Below, piece by piece: positions 12,831 to 25,306 of a stretch of 64,000 nucleotides of DNA. Within the stretch, counting starts at the first letter, position 1; every line of letters starts with the position of its first letter. Source of the stretch: Takakia lepidozioides. Lineage: Eukaryota > Plantae > Bryophyta. The position numbers and the translations under genes were made by a program. The stretch is from NCBI GenBank assembly GCA_030704615.1, contig CM060734.1, forward strand, positions 25,358,001 to 25,422,000, given 5' to 3'. The notes beneath the pieces are model-generated. The model saw only the letters and a program-made list of their open reading frames with translations, had not been told where the DNA came from and made no database searches.

Positions 12831-13627
12831 TTTTGCAAGTTTAGGAAGGATGAGAGTTGTTTGTGATGTGCATTCTTCATGCCTCTGTTAATGTTTGGCA
12901 CCGAACAGCGAGGCTGTTCGTGACAAATTTGAATTTTGAGTGGAATATCCTACAGGGTTCACCTGCTGCATGATGTGTTCTATTCGCCACCGAACAGCGA
13001 TTATGTATTATCAATCTTGCAAAAAGGTGCAGTTTGGAATGTATGTTTTCTGTTCGCCATGTTTGCAGTACGGTTTTGTCATGTTTCAATGATGCATGTT
13101 AAAAAATAATCTACTCTGAGACTGCGTTACACCCTACCTGCCTCGTGATGTAGCCACAACATTTCAAAGGTGGAACGAAATTAGATGGTTTGATTGAACC
13201 ATCTGGGTGTGGCTCGTGGTCGTGTGCCTTAGCGGTACACGGCCCACGGTCCCTCACTACTCCTTCTACTAGTAAAGCCTATGCTACCATGGCCTTGTGA
13301 TATCGTGGTTCACGGCCCACAACAGCTACACTACCCACTATTGCTCCACGTGGTAGTGTGGTCCGTCCTCTGCTACTGCTAAGTGCTGAGCACTTAGCCA
13401 TTTATGCCTCATGGCCGGGTAGTGTGAAGTAAATCACTACCCACCATTATCCCGTCGTGGCTCAAGCTGCCTTGCCCTCGTGGCACTAACACTATCCTTG
13501 TGGCACTGGTACTTAGTTGTTATCACATCCACAACAACTACTCTTTTTGGCAGTAATTTTAGAGCTTAAGTTACTGTGGCAAACCACTTCTAGCTCACAC
13601 TGGAACTGCAGTCCACCCCCATTTTAA

Positions 13628-14342
13628 GCGACGGCCAGTAATGGCGGTCGATCTATTTTAAAATAAATAAATAAAAACGACCGCCACTAATGGCGGTCGC
13701 TGTATTTAAAAAAATAAACAGTAAATGCGACCGCCAGTAATGGCGGTCGATCTATTTAAAAAAAAAAAAAAATACAAGGGACAGCTAGTAATGGCAAAGG
13801 ACAGTAAAAGTGACCGCCATTACTGGCGGTCGCTCTATCTAGAAAAATAAAAAATAATAGCGATCGCCATTAGTGGCGGTCGCTGCATTTAAAAAAAAAA
13901 AAACCGACAGCCATTACTGGCGGTCACTCTATTTAAAAACAAATAAAAATAAAAACGACCGCCAGTAATGGCGGTCGCTGCATTTTTTTTATTTTTTTTT
14001 TCCAAGCGACCGCCATTAATGGCGCTCACTGCATTTACAAAAAAATTATATATAAGCGACCGCCAGTAATGGCGGTCGCTGCATTTACAAAAACAATAAA
14101 ACAAAAGCGACCGCGAGTAATGGCGATCGTTGCGTTTTAAAAAAAATAAAAAGTAACAGCGACCGCTTCATTTAAAAAAATAAAAAATGGAAGCGACAGC
14201 CACTGGCAGTCGCTCCATTTCAATAATAATATAATTACAAGGGACCGCTGATTCTTTTAATATAATAAAATATTTGGTAACGACCGCCATATTGGGGGTC
14301 GCTCCATTTTCAACAAAAAAAAAACAATTCGATGCGACCACC
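13628..14342. repeat. Array of ~13 palindromes GCGACCGCCA-N4-TGGCGGTCGC with ~50-bp period and A/T-tract spacers
   Basis: Copies at ~13628, 13678, 13727, 13778 (degenerate), 13810, 13860, 13905, 13956, 14006, 14056, 14107, 14193 and 14281, plus half-sites. Confidence 0.92.
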
Positions 14343-14629
14343 ATGACACCTACAACCGACAACCGACAATTTTCTTCAGAGTTATACGCATTGGCACAAT
14401 TGTTTCTCATTACAAAATCAAAGCACCAAACACAAACATGAGCAAGTGACGATGCTTTCGCCGACATTTTGGGTGGTATACACATGGGCAACATCTTTTA
14501 TTTCCCAAGACATACACAATACCAATACAAGTACTCATAGTGACAATGAACACACAAGTATTGCTTCATTACATAAATGTAAACATGTCCACAAAAATGT
14601 GATGTTGGATGCCTAAAGTTGTTTGCTTC

Positions 14630-15112
14630 AATTCTTTCTACTGCTTCGACGACGGGACGAAGAAGATCCTAATCTTGATGCTCCGATGGGCTGATAATCC
14701 GAGTCCCCCTGGACTTCAGCACCATTGCCATTATCGGTGCTGGAATCGTCCTCCCTATCCGACCTCCTATGTCCAGGTCATTGAACCTGTAAGCGACCTC
14801 GAACCACATTTAGTTCTCTCTGAGGTCGATTCTTACTCCGGTCTTGAATACCATCCACGGTATCTGGCATGTTTGCGGGCCGATCGCCTACAAAAGGCTG
14901 GATTGTTCTTTGTCGTTTATGGAGTTGGGACGCATTCGAAGGTGGTCTCGAAGGAGGTCTCGGAGAGGGTTGTGCTTGAGATGGACCGGCATTAGATAGT
15001 CCGGCATGTGAGGAACCACGGGTCTGCTGTGCAACACGTCGGTTAAGGTAGAATTGTAGTGGTAGATTGTCATCATCCGAGGCTTCAACTTCCGCCCGGT
15101 CCAATGCAGCCC
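14630..15112 (-). pseudogene. Probable terminal exon of a low-complexity (Pro/Ser/Arg-rich) gene, cut off upstream near the LTR at 15214
   Basis: ORF 14778..15104 is preceded on the minus strand by a possible acceptor (..TGACGTAG) near 15113; no recognisable domain. Confidence 0.3.
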
Positions 15113-15333
15113 CTACGTCATGTCAATGATAGATGTTCAGTTTCGCAATGTGCAACCAGAGATTTTGGGTTCTTTCCCACTCGGGGCGAGTGTTCCCCAT
15201 TGGCCGCCATATATGTCGATCACTTTTTCAGATCATAATTTAGAATAGCACATTTGATGTACATTAGTATATATTTTATGAAGTTTAGTATGAAATCATA
15301 TTAAGAAATCATAAATAAAATGGAATTCTAGCA

Positions 15334-15930
15334 ATGGTAGAGACGGAGGACCAGTCGAAGGACAACTCTTTGATTTCGGGATTGACAGACCATGTGACAC
15401 TAGAATGCGTTGCACGGGTGCCTCGCTCTTATTATTTACCGTTGACAGGTGGTTGTAAGAAATGGCAGAATGCGCTAGCGGTGGTTGATGACGAAGTCGC
15501 AACGACGTCTTTGAGATTCGCAAAACGAGTAGAGATCAAGGAGGAATGGGTTTATATGCTGGCTGGGCCTGCACACACTGTACAGCCTCTCGTAAGTGCA
15601 CGGAAGTGGTGGGCGTTTGATTCCGTTAGTACGCGTTGGCGATGGCTGCCAGAGTGCCCTGTGGATTATACCTTGGAAGTTTCCAACAAGGAGTCGACAG
15701 TTACAGGAACTCAGCTTTTGGTTTGCGGACAGTACCCTAGAGGCTACATGGTATGGAGGTATGATTTAGTCTCAACGAATAGTCTTCAACGCCAAGAATG
15801 ATTCAGGATCGATGTCTTTGTAAGTTAGCAAATGCAGGAAAATATGTTTATCTTGCTGGAAGATCTCACCAGCAGACCACTCTCAGAACAACGCTACAAC
15901 TCGATACTTCAAGCATGGGAACCTCTCCCC
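15334..15930 (+). pseudogene. Captured F-box/kelch-repeat gene fragment inside LTR L1
   Basis: SLISGLTDHVTLECVARVPRSYY..CKKW (F-box); EEWVYML..WWAFDSVSTRWRWLP..SNKESTVTGTQLLVCG..VWRYDL..MIQDRCL..GKYVYLAG (kelch); frameshifted and truncated. Confidence 0.88.
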
Positions 15931-17776
15931 GATCTCAACATAGCACGGGAAAGGGATCTAATGGGAAAACAAGGATAAATGTGAACCGCTGGATATTGGT
16001 TGATCAAGGGTAGCGATCCCCACTTCCCAAATGGATGAATGACATGGATGAGGAGCAACATTCATGAGGATATAAAACGGTTCATGTATCAATTTAAGTT
16101 GGTCATGTACCAACCTAAGTTGGTCATGTCCCTGGATGGATGAAAGTTATATATAGATGAAAATTATGAGGAAGAATGAAAATGGATGAAATCAGCGGAT
16201 GGAACCAGGGATGGATGGATTACGGGCTGAATCTTTGGACGGATGACAATGGATGGAGGAGAAAACACATGGTTCGATCTGGACCGTTCAGGTGGAGGGC
16301 GCAGATCTGAAGGATTTTAAATATATATCTCTATATATATCTTATATTAATGAACACTCTAGGGTAAATTAATTAAAAACTTTAACCAGGTGTCGGTGCT
16401 TAAATGCACCAATGATGATTTATTATTTTTAGAAAGGGATGAATGAAAATCGTCAAAACAAGTGACGGATGTAGGACGACGGACTGATATAAATCAGCCG
16501 GCGAAAGGAAGAACGGGGATAATCTAGTTCCTCTCTTGTTCTTCCTTCACTCTCTCTTCCTCTCTCGCGCTCTCTCTTTCCTTCTTTCTCTCTCTCTCCT
16601 ACTAGTCTCCCTTGTCAAGATTAGTTAGTTTAGTAGAATCAGAGGAAAAGTTTTTTTCCAAAGTGTGGCATCCATCGAGGAGTTGAAAATAATAGGCAGA
16701 ACGGCGGTTCAACGATCAGCTTACTCAATCTTGGAGAACGCAGTGTGAAGAGTGTTCGAGAGGAGAGCAATCGGCCGAGAGAGGGGTCCTGATCAGCAGC
16801 TTCTGCATAACGTAGAGCGGCGTGCGAGGGTGGCAGTGCGTGCCGCAATATCAAGCGACCATGGATTCGTACATGAAAAGACACAACTGTTCAGAACATG
16901 TCCCTTGGACGCTTTACATTTGTCATTAACAATTCTAGAGATACTTGTTCGTGCACGCAGTCTATCAGAACGGGTATGAATTTGATTGACTCCAAGCAGT
17001 TTTTTTTTTTGTAACTCAAAAGACTTCTGATCTTCAATACTTAGTTCTTTATTCTGATCAGCAGGGGTACTTATCTCTGAAACTGAAGGGGGTGTTTTGG
17101 CACAGCTAGGGACGAGCAGTTAAGAGCGCTTGGAAGCCGTTTGGAAGTTAGCCTTGAATTTTGCTCTAACCAATGCCTAATGTTTCTCTTGAAATTAGTC
17201 AACGAAGCATAAGGTGGATATTTAAAAGGCTAGTGGAATCTTGCCTTGGAATTTAAATACCTTTGTCAAAGAGGAGAAGTCTTGAACAACCAGAAGTATG
17301 AATCAGATGGCATGATATACAGCCAGAACCGGGGAGTGAAATGATGTTCTCTCAAGCTTATTGCAACATGTCAAATCACATTCACATGTAGGAGCTTATA
17401 AACCTACCTACCTGTGTCAATGAGAAGTATTGCCGAATCTGAAAATTTCTAACCGCTTATCCGATGATTCACTGTCCCTGATGTTTATGAAAGTGTTCGT
17501 TTGTGACCCGAGCTTCAGATGATTTCCCCTATCTATTGCCCATAAGATCCCAGCCAAGCAGCCATCTACTGTCCTGAAGATAACCTCTGATTTTTTTTGC
17601 CGATGCCATGGCAAAGTTCTAACCGCCGCAACAATCCACGGATTCATAAAATGTCATTCGAAATTGACGGAATGCAGTGACCCTTCGTGGTTGAAGAGAC
17701 ACCATAAAACGTGCTCCCTTAAGACGTATCGTGTTAAAGTAATTAATGCAACATTGTTATTGTAACACATGAATTT

Positions 17777-17842
17777 GGGCTTAGTGGTTAGGGAAGTTAG
17801 TACCAAAACGCAGGTTGAGGGTTCAATTCCCTTTGGCCACAT
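17777..17842 (+). repeat. tRNA-derived (SINE-like) Pol III head within LTR L1
   Basis: A-box-like TTAGTGGTTAGG and B-box GGTTCAATTCC at tRNA spacing; no clean cloverleaf. Mirrored at ~27796-27861. Confidence 0.55.
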
Positions 17843-17934
17843 TATCCTCTGTAGCTTGTTTTCTTGTATTTAATTCTTAAGACCCCGCTACACCTATTAT
17901 AAATATGTAGATGACTAAGTTTGATTCAATGAAT

Positions 17935-18001
17935 GGATTTGGTGGTTAAGGAAGATTACTAGATTGCCCGGTGTCGGGAGTTCAAATCCTTTGCTGCAGC
18001 A
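17935..18001 (+). repeat. Second tRNA-derived head within LTR L1
   Basis: TGGTGGTTAAGG ... GAGTTCAAATCC; mirrored at ~27630-27697. Confidence 0.5.
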
Positions 18002-21000
18002 CTAGTACTCTGTTTATTTTTTTTCTTTTATATTAAAGAACGTCATTGGGATATAGTGGGTCGTTCTTTACTAACATAAATCAATTGAAATTATTAACAA
18101 ATAAATAAATACATCTCTATCTTTTAGACTTAATTATATATATAAATAAATACAAATATTCACAAAAGAGACTAAATAGTAAAATTAGGTGGGATATAAT
18201 AAACCATTTTGTGATTTGCCTTTAAGTAATTTTTACACTAGAATATGTATATATATATATATACATATATATACCTCTAAACTAATAATTCTTATCCCAA
18301 GAGTAATTATACATTCGCAGTACTTATTTCTAGACTATTGTTTTTTTTTTTGTAAACACGTCAATGAGCTAGTATTAACCGTTGGATAGAAATTTACAAA
18401 CGCAAGACTTATAAAAATATATAAGACGAACAAAAATGGGAAACTCAACAAGAGCAGCACCTCAGGGCTAAGCGGCGCCTTCGGGGACCTAACCTAGCTC
18501 TGTCTAACACGAACCCTAAATTAAGTATGCAACTGTTAATGGGGTGCATTAACGGTTGACAATTGGTACATTAGATTAGCTCCCCAACTCACTCCCCCAC
18601 TCACAACTATAACTCTTAAGCTACCAACACACCACTGCCCCCTCATAGACCTTATCATTCTAAGCTGCACTACATCAAAGCTCATAAACACCCTCTTGCT
18701 GGCCTCATTCCCCACTCCTAAAATGAAATCTCCCCATCAATTGCTACTGCCCCTCCCCATCACTGTGACACCCCATCAACTTACACTACCGCCGTTTCGG
18801 CCCTCACTGCTCCCTGGCGGCGCTCCCATACCACCCCAACTCTGGCTTAAATTCCATAACGGCCAGCTACATGCAGTCACCATACATCTGCCGATAGGGC
18901 CTCCCTCGTTCGCACTCGCACTTATCACAGTGCTCAGCACCCTGTATTACCAACCTTGCAGCGTTCTCCACTTCTCTGTTTCTGCAAGCTCCGAAACAAA
19001 TTCTCCCACCTCGGTCTCTCTTCTCCCCAACCTCTTCTCCCCTACTCACATTTGCTTGCCAAAGGAGCAGGCTCTCTACCGAGTCCGCAAGCATTTCAAG
19101 GAGATGAAGATCCCCCTAGGAAAGAGGCAGTGTTTCACGTGAGCGTGAGCAGAAAATGTTGTGAGCACAAGAGGTATAATACTTAATTTTGGGGAATATT
19201 TCCCTTAATTCTGGGACCGAACCTAACCCAAAGCAAAAACCCTGCCTCCCTGACATAGACCCCGACGTTGGTCGTAGTTCTGCGCAGAACTGCGGATTCA
19301 ATCAGGAAATGATGAATTCGCGGAAATACACGCGTCTTCCGCAGTAATACAAGACCATACATTTATGGGTGGGAGGAGGACATGAAAATGGAGGACGATG
19401 GAATTGGATGAGAGTAAATTGGAATATCCTGCGCAGAGCATGCTCCCATGCACTGCGGCGGGAGAACATGTTGCATATGTATTTCTCGATGAATGGGATG
19501 CGCACTCCGCCGAATATGAGTGTTGGACCCTCCGAGAAGTTTTTAGGACATAGTACTTTCTCTCCTCCCTTATCTCTCTTGGTCTCCGCCTCTAGCTCAC
19601 TGCTCACAGGCCCGCTTGGGTCTCTCTTGGAGTCATAAGAACGCTCCCCTCCAAGGCTACGTCCTCCCAAAGTCCTAGATTTTATCTACCACTGGCGCCT
19701 TAGATACTGGCTCCTAACCCTTAGAGGGGTATAAATGGAATCTAGCGCAGATCCGCGCGTAGCGGTCCAAGCCGTGGACCGCTGCGGTTAACGCCGGCGT
19801 CCGCCGGTCCGTCTCAACTTTTGGTTATCATGCGGGTAAAGACCTGCCCTCTGCTCGCACGCTTCAGGGCCTCACGCCTGAGCCACGCGGCTAATGTACT
19901 TGATCTCAGTACGACTTACGGTCAGCGCTGGGGCCCCACTCCTCGTACGTCGTGGCTGGACCACGGCTGCCTCCACGCTTTTAGTAATCGAGTGCCTACT
20001 CTCTAGGCGCAGCACCCGGGCTCCTCCCGGGCTGCTCGCGACCTTGGGGCAGCTGCTGTCAAGCGAAATTAGCTCGCCCAAATCCCAAGACAAAAAAAGT
20101 ACAACCCACCCTCCCCTAGGCCTCCATGGCTTGCTAGTGGGGGGGGGGGGGAATTAGCACATAGTGGCCTTATATCATAGATCCAGCCTACTGGCCTGCC
20201 TTTGCCAGAACTGGCTATATTTCAAATTAGTAACCAAACACAAAGATTCCAACAATTCAAATACAAGCTTCTATTGGTACCCTTTCCAATAGGCTATGGG
20301 GTTCTTCCCCTTGTCAATTCTAAACATGAAATAGTGGGATTCCACAATGCACTCTCATCTTTTGAAGAGCCTAAATCAGATTTTCAACTTCAAGCTTTGC
20401 TTGGAAAATAAATGAATCACATACATAAATGGTGAAATGGTAAGATGGGATCAACCTTTCTATGCGAGAGTGCTTGGGATGCTCTATCGACTCAAGTAAT
20501 GGTACTCTATGCGGCCTCCACTTGGGCTCTCGTCCATAAGTCCACACCAGCCCCTCCTACTCGTCCTCAAGTCACTTTCCTCTACATGAAATTGCCCTCT
20601 TCCTTCACAAATGAAATGGCTCAAAGGCCCACAAGCTAGGCCACTTGCCTTAGCTCACAAGAATTCTACCTAACTAGGGAGCTTCAAGCTCCACTCCCTA
20701 GGATCTAGCCTCCTCAAGCCTCAAACTAACAACACTACAACAACAAGATGAAACTAAACAAAAGAAGAACTAGATGTAGAACAAGGGAAGCCTTGCCCTT
20801 CTTTTATACTGTTTTTGAGCCTAATAAACTAATGAAAAATATTCATTAAACTATTGTTTCTTTGGAGGATCTATAATATAATATTCAACATGGATGAAAA
20901 GTCTTAGAGGCAAATGAAAGCTGGCTTTTCATCCATCCAATTGGATGACCAGTTGGCGCAAGTTATCATTTCATCCATCCAGCTCCTTAAGGCGAATTCC

Positions 21001-22539
21001 AGGATTTTTCATCCATCCAAGAAGTAGAAATGCAAATAATAGGCCCCGTGAGTACCGTCGACTCAATAATTTGGCCCCGCATCTAATCAGCTCCATAAAT
21101 CACCAAACTTGGTGACAAACTACAATTATATATCCCATATCAGCCTGTAAATTCTCAGCTCCGTCGGTAGTAAAAATTTGCACTTCTCGCCATTCGTCGT
21201 ATTTTCGCTACACACAGATTTTGTGGTAATTTTGGAAATCAAATCCCTGGTGATGGCTCTGGGGTCTTTGACCCTGCCACTGAGTCATAGGTTGTCCGGA
21301 GTCCCCTCTAGTTGTCCCGTACTGCTAACAAGTCCACGCTTTGCCGTTTGAAGTCATCCTGACTTGCTGTTATTCCGATGCGGCCAATTGCTTTGTTGCG
21401 ATATTTCATCGCTGTACATGTCGCTTCCACCAATTGCCAAGCTCCTCGCCGCGTGTTCCTACTGGACTTGAAAGACGGGAGAAAAGAGAGATCGCAATCT
21501 GGGACTGGAACAGTCGTCCTGTATTGTTTGAACAAGATTAACTTGCCGTTTCTGGTACCGAATTGGCAGCCTAATCTGCTGTCGATGCAGCTTCCTACGG
21601 TCATCTTGACGCCAGAGTTCCACTCCATGGTCGTCGCAGACACTGTCTAATTTCCTACGTGCTTTACCAACGATTTCCAGACAACTAACAAACTAACATG
21701 TTTTGGCAGTACAATGCCGAAACCGCTTGTCTAATGATCAAAAACGATCTGAAAAGAAAACTGTACCAATATATGCATCTACACCCAGATAACTGGGACT
21801 TATCTATAGGGGCCTCCTTCAATTCCTAGCTACTAAGTACAATGGCCTTTACTCCCTACCAACCCTTCATCCCCAATCTTGCTGCCACTCCCCCACCGCT
21901 AGAACTCTATACCCATAGTCCACAGTTTGTCCTCCGGAATAGCATCATATCCGTCGGCTGCTCGAATTTCCGGCCTATCGTAAACGTCCCAATTGAGGTC
22001 ATGTTTTTTCCCTTTGGCACCTCTCTTCCCTGCGGGGCCTGGTTCGACTGCCTCCTCTCGGTGCCTACGCCGTTGCCCCACCTCCTCCGTCATTTTTATA
22101 ACGTTCGTAATATTATATAGCCTTTACACAACTCTCATTTATTTCTATATGATGTAAAGGCCTAGTGTACCTGCTCCAGTCACCTCGTTTGACCGAAACT
22201 CACCAATTTCAGCAAAATCACACTAAAATGTAACACACCACAAGGGGGGGCCAACTCCGAAATACACAAAGATCTATTTAGTCCCCACCTTTTCTCTTCG
22301 TTCTAACTAATGAATTGAGAAAATGGGTTTGGAAGCCAAAGATGGGATGCGGGGGTAGGAAAAAGCCCACGATTTAATAAAAATCAGAGACAAAACCTCC
22401 CCCTCCGTGTCAATGGCTTCCCTCTTCCTCTAACTCCGCTCGGCAGAATGCAAAGCATCCCACACCAACAAAGCTAAAGGGGAAGAGTGAAAGTGAGAGC
22501 CAAGAATGGCCTCCTTCCCCTTATATGGGCGACTGCTCA

Positions 22540-22870
22540 AAAGCGGTCACCCAAGCGCCTTTCGGAAGATGTCCGCAACGTGGCAGCCACCAGCGCAATG
22601 TGGCGACCGCTGACATGGTGGTCGCCCGGGCCGGCGGCCCATCCCGCCAGGTGACCGCTGATGTGGCGGTCGCCCGTGCCGACGGCCCATCCGCCTGGGG
22701 ACTGCCGAAGTGGCCACCATTGACCGTTGTGGTGGCGACCACTGTTGGCGACTGCTGACGTGGTGGTCGCCCAGGCCGGCGGCCCATCCTGCCCGGCGAC
22801 TGGCGCCTAGATGGTCACCACGGCAAGCCGTCGCCTGGCCAGTCGCCTTCGTCCTCGGTGTCGCCAACGT
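22540..22870. repeat. GC-rich repeats with palindrome GGCGACCGC-N7-GCGGTCGCC, probably subterminal repeats of a DNA transposon
   Basis: Units at ~22602, 22650 and 22746, each followed by a CC(C)GGGCCGGCGGCCCATCC-like sequence. Confidence 0.6.
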
Positions 22871-22992
22871 GGCAGAAGAAGGTAAAAAATCAAAAAATAA
22901 ATAAAAATACCGCGATGAATGTCGCGTTATGGACGCGACGTGACGAACGTCATGTCTTGACGTGACACCGACGCTGACGTGTTACAGCGGCG

Positions 22993-23488
22993 TCACGTCC
23001 ATACCTGCAGCGTCCCACCAAACTGCGCCAACAACCCTTCCCAAAAGGCTGATGGCATGGGAGGGATCTGTTGGTCTGGTGGAGCCTTTAGAAAGTCCTC
23101 GGGCTCCAACTCCCCAGATTCCTGCCACTCTCGAGCAGCCTCGCTTTCAGAAGCAAAATTCGCCTCTTCCATTTGCCGCTTCGGTGACACGTTGCCCCCA
23201 CCGGACTCACTGGGATCATCATCTTTTGGGCCATTCCGCTTTCACTTTGTCTTGCCCGACCCCATGGTGAGACCGATCTCAAGGACAATCGTGTACTGAA
23301 TTCTAAGCTCTGATACCAAGTGTCGCACACCTCACTTCGGTAAACTCCCCTTCAAGTTATAGTTACTCGCTTTGATGCGCGCGCCTAACTCCCAAACTGG
23401 CCGCCGGGCCAACTCGGAGCTTCGGCTGCTCACCGGGGCATAGTGGTCCCCCTTGTGCATCCAATAGACCCTCCACCACTTTGGGCCT
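22993..23488 (-). mobile_element. Chromovirus 5' end: LTR 3' tip (23321-23488), PBS and gag start
   Basis: The LTR ends ...GTGTGCGACA, followed after 2 nt by TGGTATCAGAGC; an ORF (MSPKRQMEE..) follows. The LTR piece matches 23841-24008. Confidence 0.85.
23307..23318 (-). promoter_or_regulatory. Primer-binding site, tRNA-iMet
   Basis: TGGTATCAGAGC on the minus strand, 2 nt after the LTR end. Confidence 0.9.
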
Positions 23489-23840
23489 GGAACTCTATTC
23501 CCCATGGATTCAACAGCTCTCAACACAGATGTTAGTTGTTCCTCAAAATGTCCCATCCGATCATTGCTAGTGGATCATGTATATGATTCAGCAGGAACTG
23601 ACTGAAAGTGCCTTGCTGGGTTTGAGGGGGTGGTGGTAGCCACCAAAGGCATTGCAGATGTCATTGTGGCAGCATGAACCATCCCTCCAGTCATTGTCGG
23701 TCTGTAATAGGGTGGGGGAGGTGTCCTAGAAACTGCAAGCGTTGGATTAACCGCAATATATGAAGGAAGCGCCATCTCTGGCATCTTCGCACGTTGCACC
23801 TGACGATGCATGTTGTCATGTTCTTTCCCTGAGTTGATCG

Positions 23841-25272
23841 TGTCGCGCACCTCACTTCGGTAAACTCCCCTTCAAGTCATAGTTACTCGCTCTGATGCGC
23901 GCGCCTGACTCCCAACCTGGCCGTCGGGCCAACTTGGAGCTTCGGCTGCTCACCGGGACATAACGGTCCCCCTTCGCTCTCTCACTAAACCCTCCACCTC
24001 TTTGGGCCTAGTGGAATTCCCTTTGGTAGTTGGCAGCCCGGAACAGCTCCTCACTCTTTGGTCGCTTTCCGGCTCGCTCGCTTACTCACTAGTTTTTGGT
24101 CACCAACGGGCTTGCACCGTTCTCGGGGTCACTACTCCCTTTATATATACTTCTGTAGCTGTCCGTGGGGGTTTCACAACCAGCCATGCCATTTTATGGC
24201 GAACCACCACCCCTTGTGGAGCCACCCCCACCGCAACCCGGTGTGCAGGGCTCCACCTAGTGAGCGCCTCCGCCTCCTTGAGTGCCTTGGGCACTCAAGG
24301 GTGCTTCAGCCCCCGTACCTATCGCTGTCGTTGCCCCCACCACAGGGGCAGCCCCTCATGTGTCCCGACCCCCCCTGCCCTCAAGGCAAAGGGCCGCGAC
24401 ACACACCCCTACCAACAGGGAGTCGATGTCCTCATCGACTTGTCCATTTTGTAGGAACGAACATCCAAGTTGTGGCGTCCCACCTCAAGGAGTTTGTTTC
24501 CGCACCATGGCGTCCCATGGCAAAGAACCAAACCCCCCACTTGACTCTACTCTCCACTAGCTAGTTCGGCCGACTTCCTCCAAGTCCCGGCCAAGGGTGG
24601 AGCCTCTCCAGCTCCTCCCAGTGCACTCTTCTTGGCCTACTTCAAGGCCAAGGAACGATCCTCCTCGAGGATCGAATCGCCTTACTGCAACAACATTGCT
24701 TACGACCGCTCAAGATGCCGCTTTTGGCATCACCTTGAGCAAGGGTTTCCCTGGAACCCTCTTTGACTAGGAAGATAACCTTGAACCAACCGTGCGCCCC
24801 AATCACTACAATTGGGTCCGCCTTGGAATGCTGGCCTGAGGTACGGGAACACGCCGAAGCCGCACTACGACTTCGTCCCGAGGCTACACGATTATAGTAC
24901 GTGAACGGAAACACGTGGCTTCCGCGTTAGCCCGCACTACAAGGCAACCCCCTCGGTAGCGCAGTTATAGTACGCGCACGCGCCAAGTGCGCACTAGCAT
25001 GTGAACTCCCAAAGAAGGCGCAAGTTTCCTTGCCCCTCGGATGGGGGTCACCCGATTTCGGGACTACGCAAACACACGATTAACCCAATTTACCTCTCCC
25101 ACTTTTATAAGCTAGCATGCATTCTACACACTAGCCAACCATACCATGCATCACCATTCCAAACAAAATAGGACGCACAACATTTGGAAGCCATTTCATT
25201 TATAGCACGTTTTGTACAATACAAGTTTTTGCAATCGGATTCCTAAGCTAGCTAAGCCGGGCTAAGCATGCA
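23841..25272 (-). mobile_element. Chromovirus 3' LTR (~1.43 kb)
   Basis: Follows the PPT (GGAGCGTGGGGGAGGAAA, 25273-25290) after the chromodomain and ends ...GCGCGACA; homologous to 23321-23488 and 40581-41649. The 5' boundary is inferred from the PPT. Confidence 0.8.
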
Positions 25273-25306
25273 TTTCCTCCCCCACGCTCCAAGGTTGATG
25301 TCCCCA

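Larger units (their letters stand above)
15214..18561 (+). mobile_element. 3.35-kb LTR (copy L1), TGTC...GACA termini
   Basis: Starts TGTCGATC and ends GGTTGACA. It is a near-identical reverse complement of 27054-30702, and homology stops exactly at the TG/CA ends. Confidence 0.9.

Noticed and set aside
13250-13445. CACTA termini from CACTAC/GTAGTG words
   Set aside because: No extended TIR or 3-bp TSD pairing.
13628-14342. CRISPR array
   Set aside because: Spacers are low-complexity A/T tracts related to each other, the repeats are degenerate, there are no cas genes, and the context is eukaryotic.
21308-21650. Host gene exon
   Set aside because: No recognisable domain and no convincing splice context.
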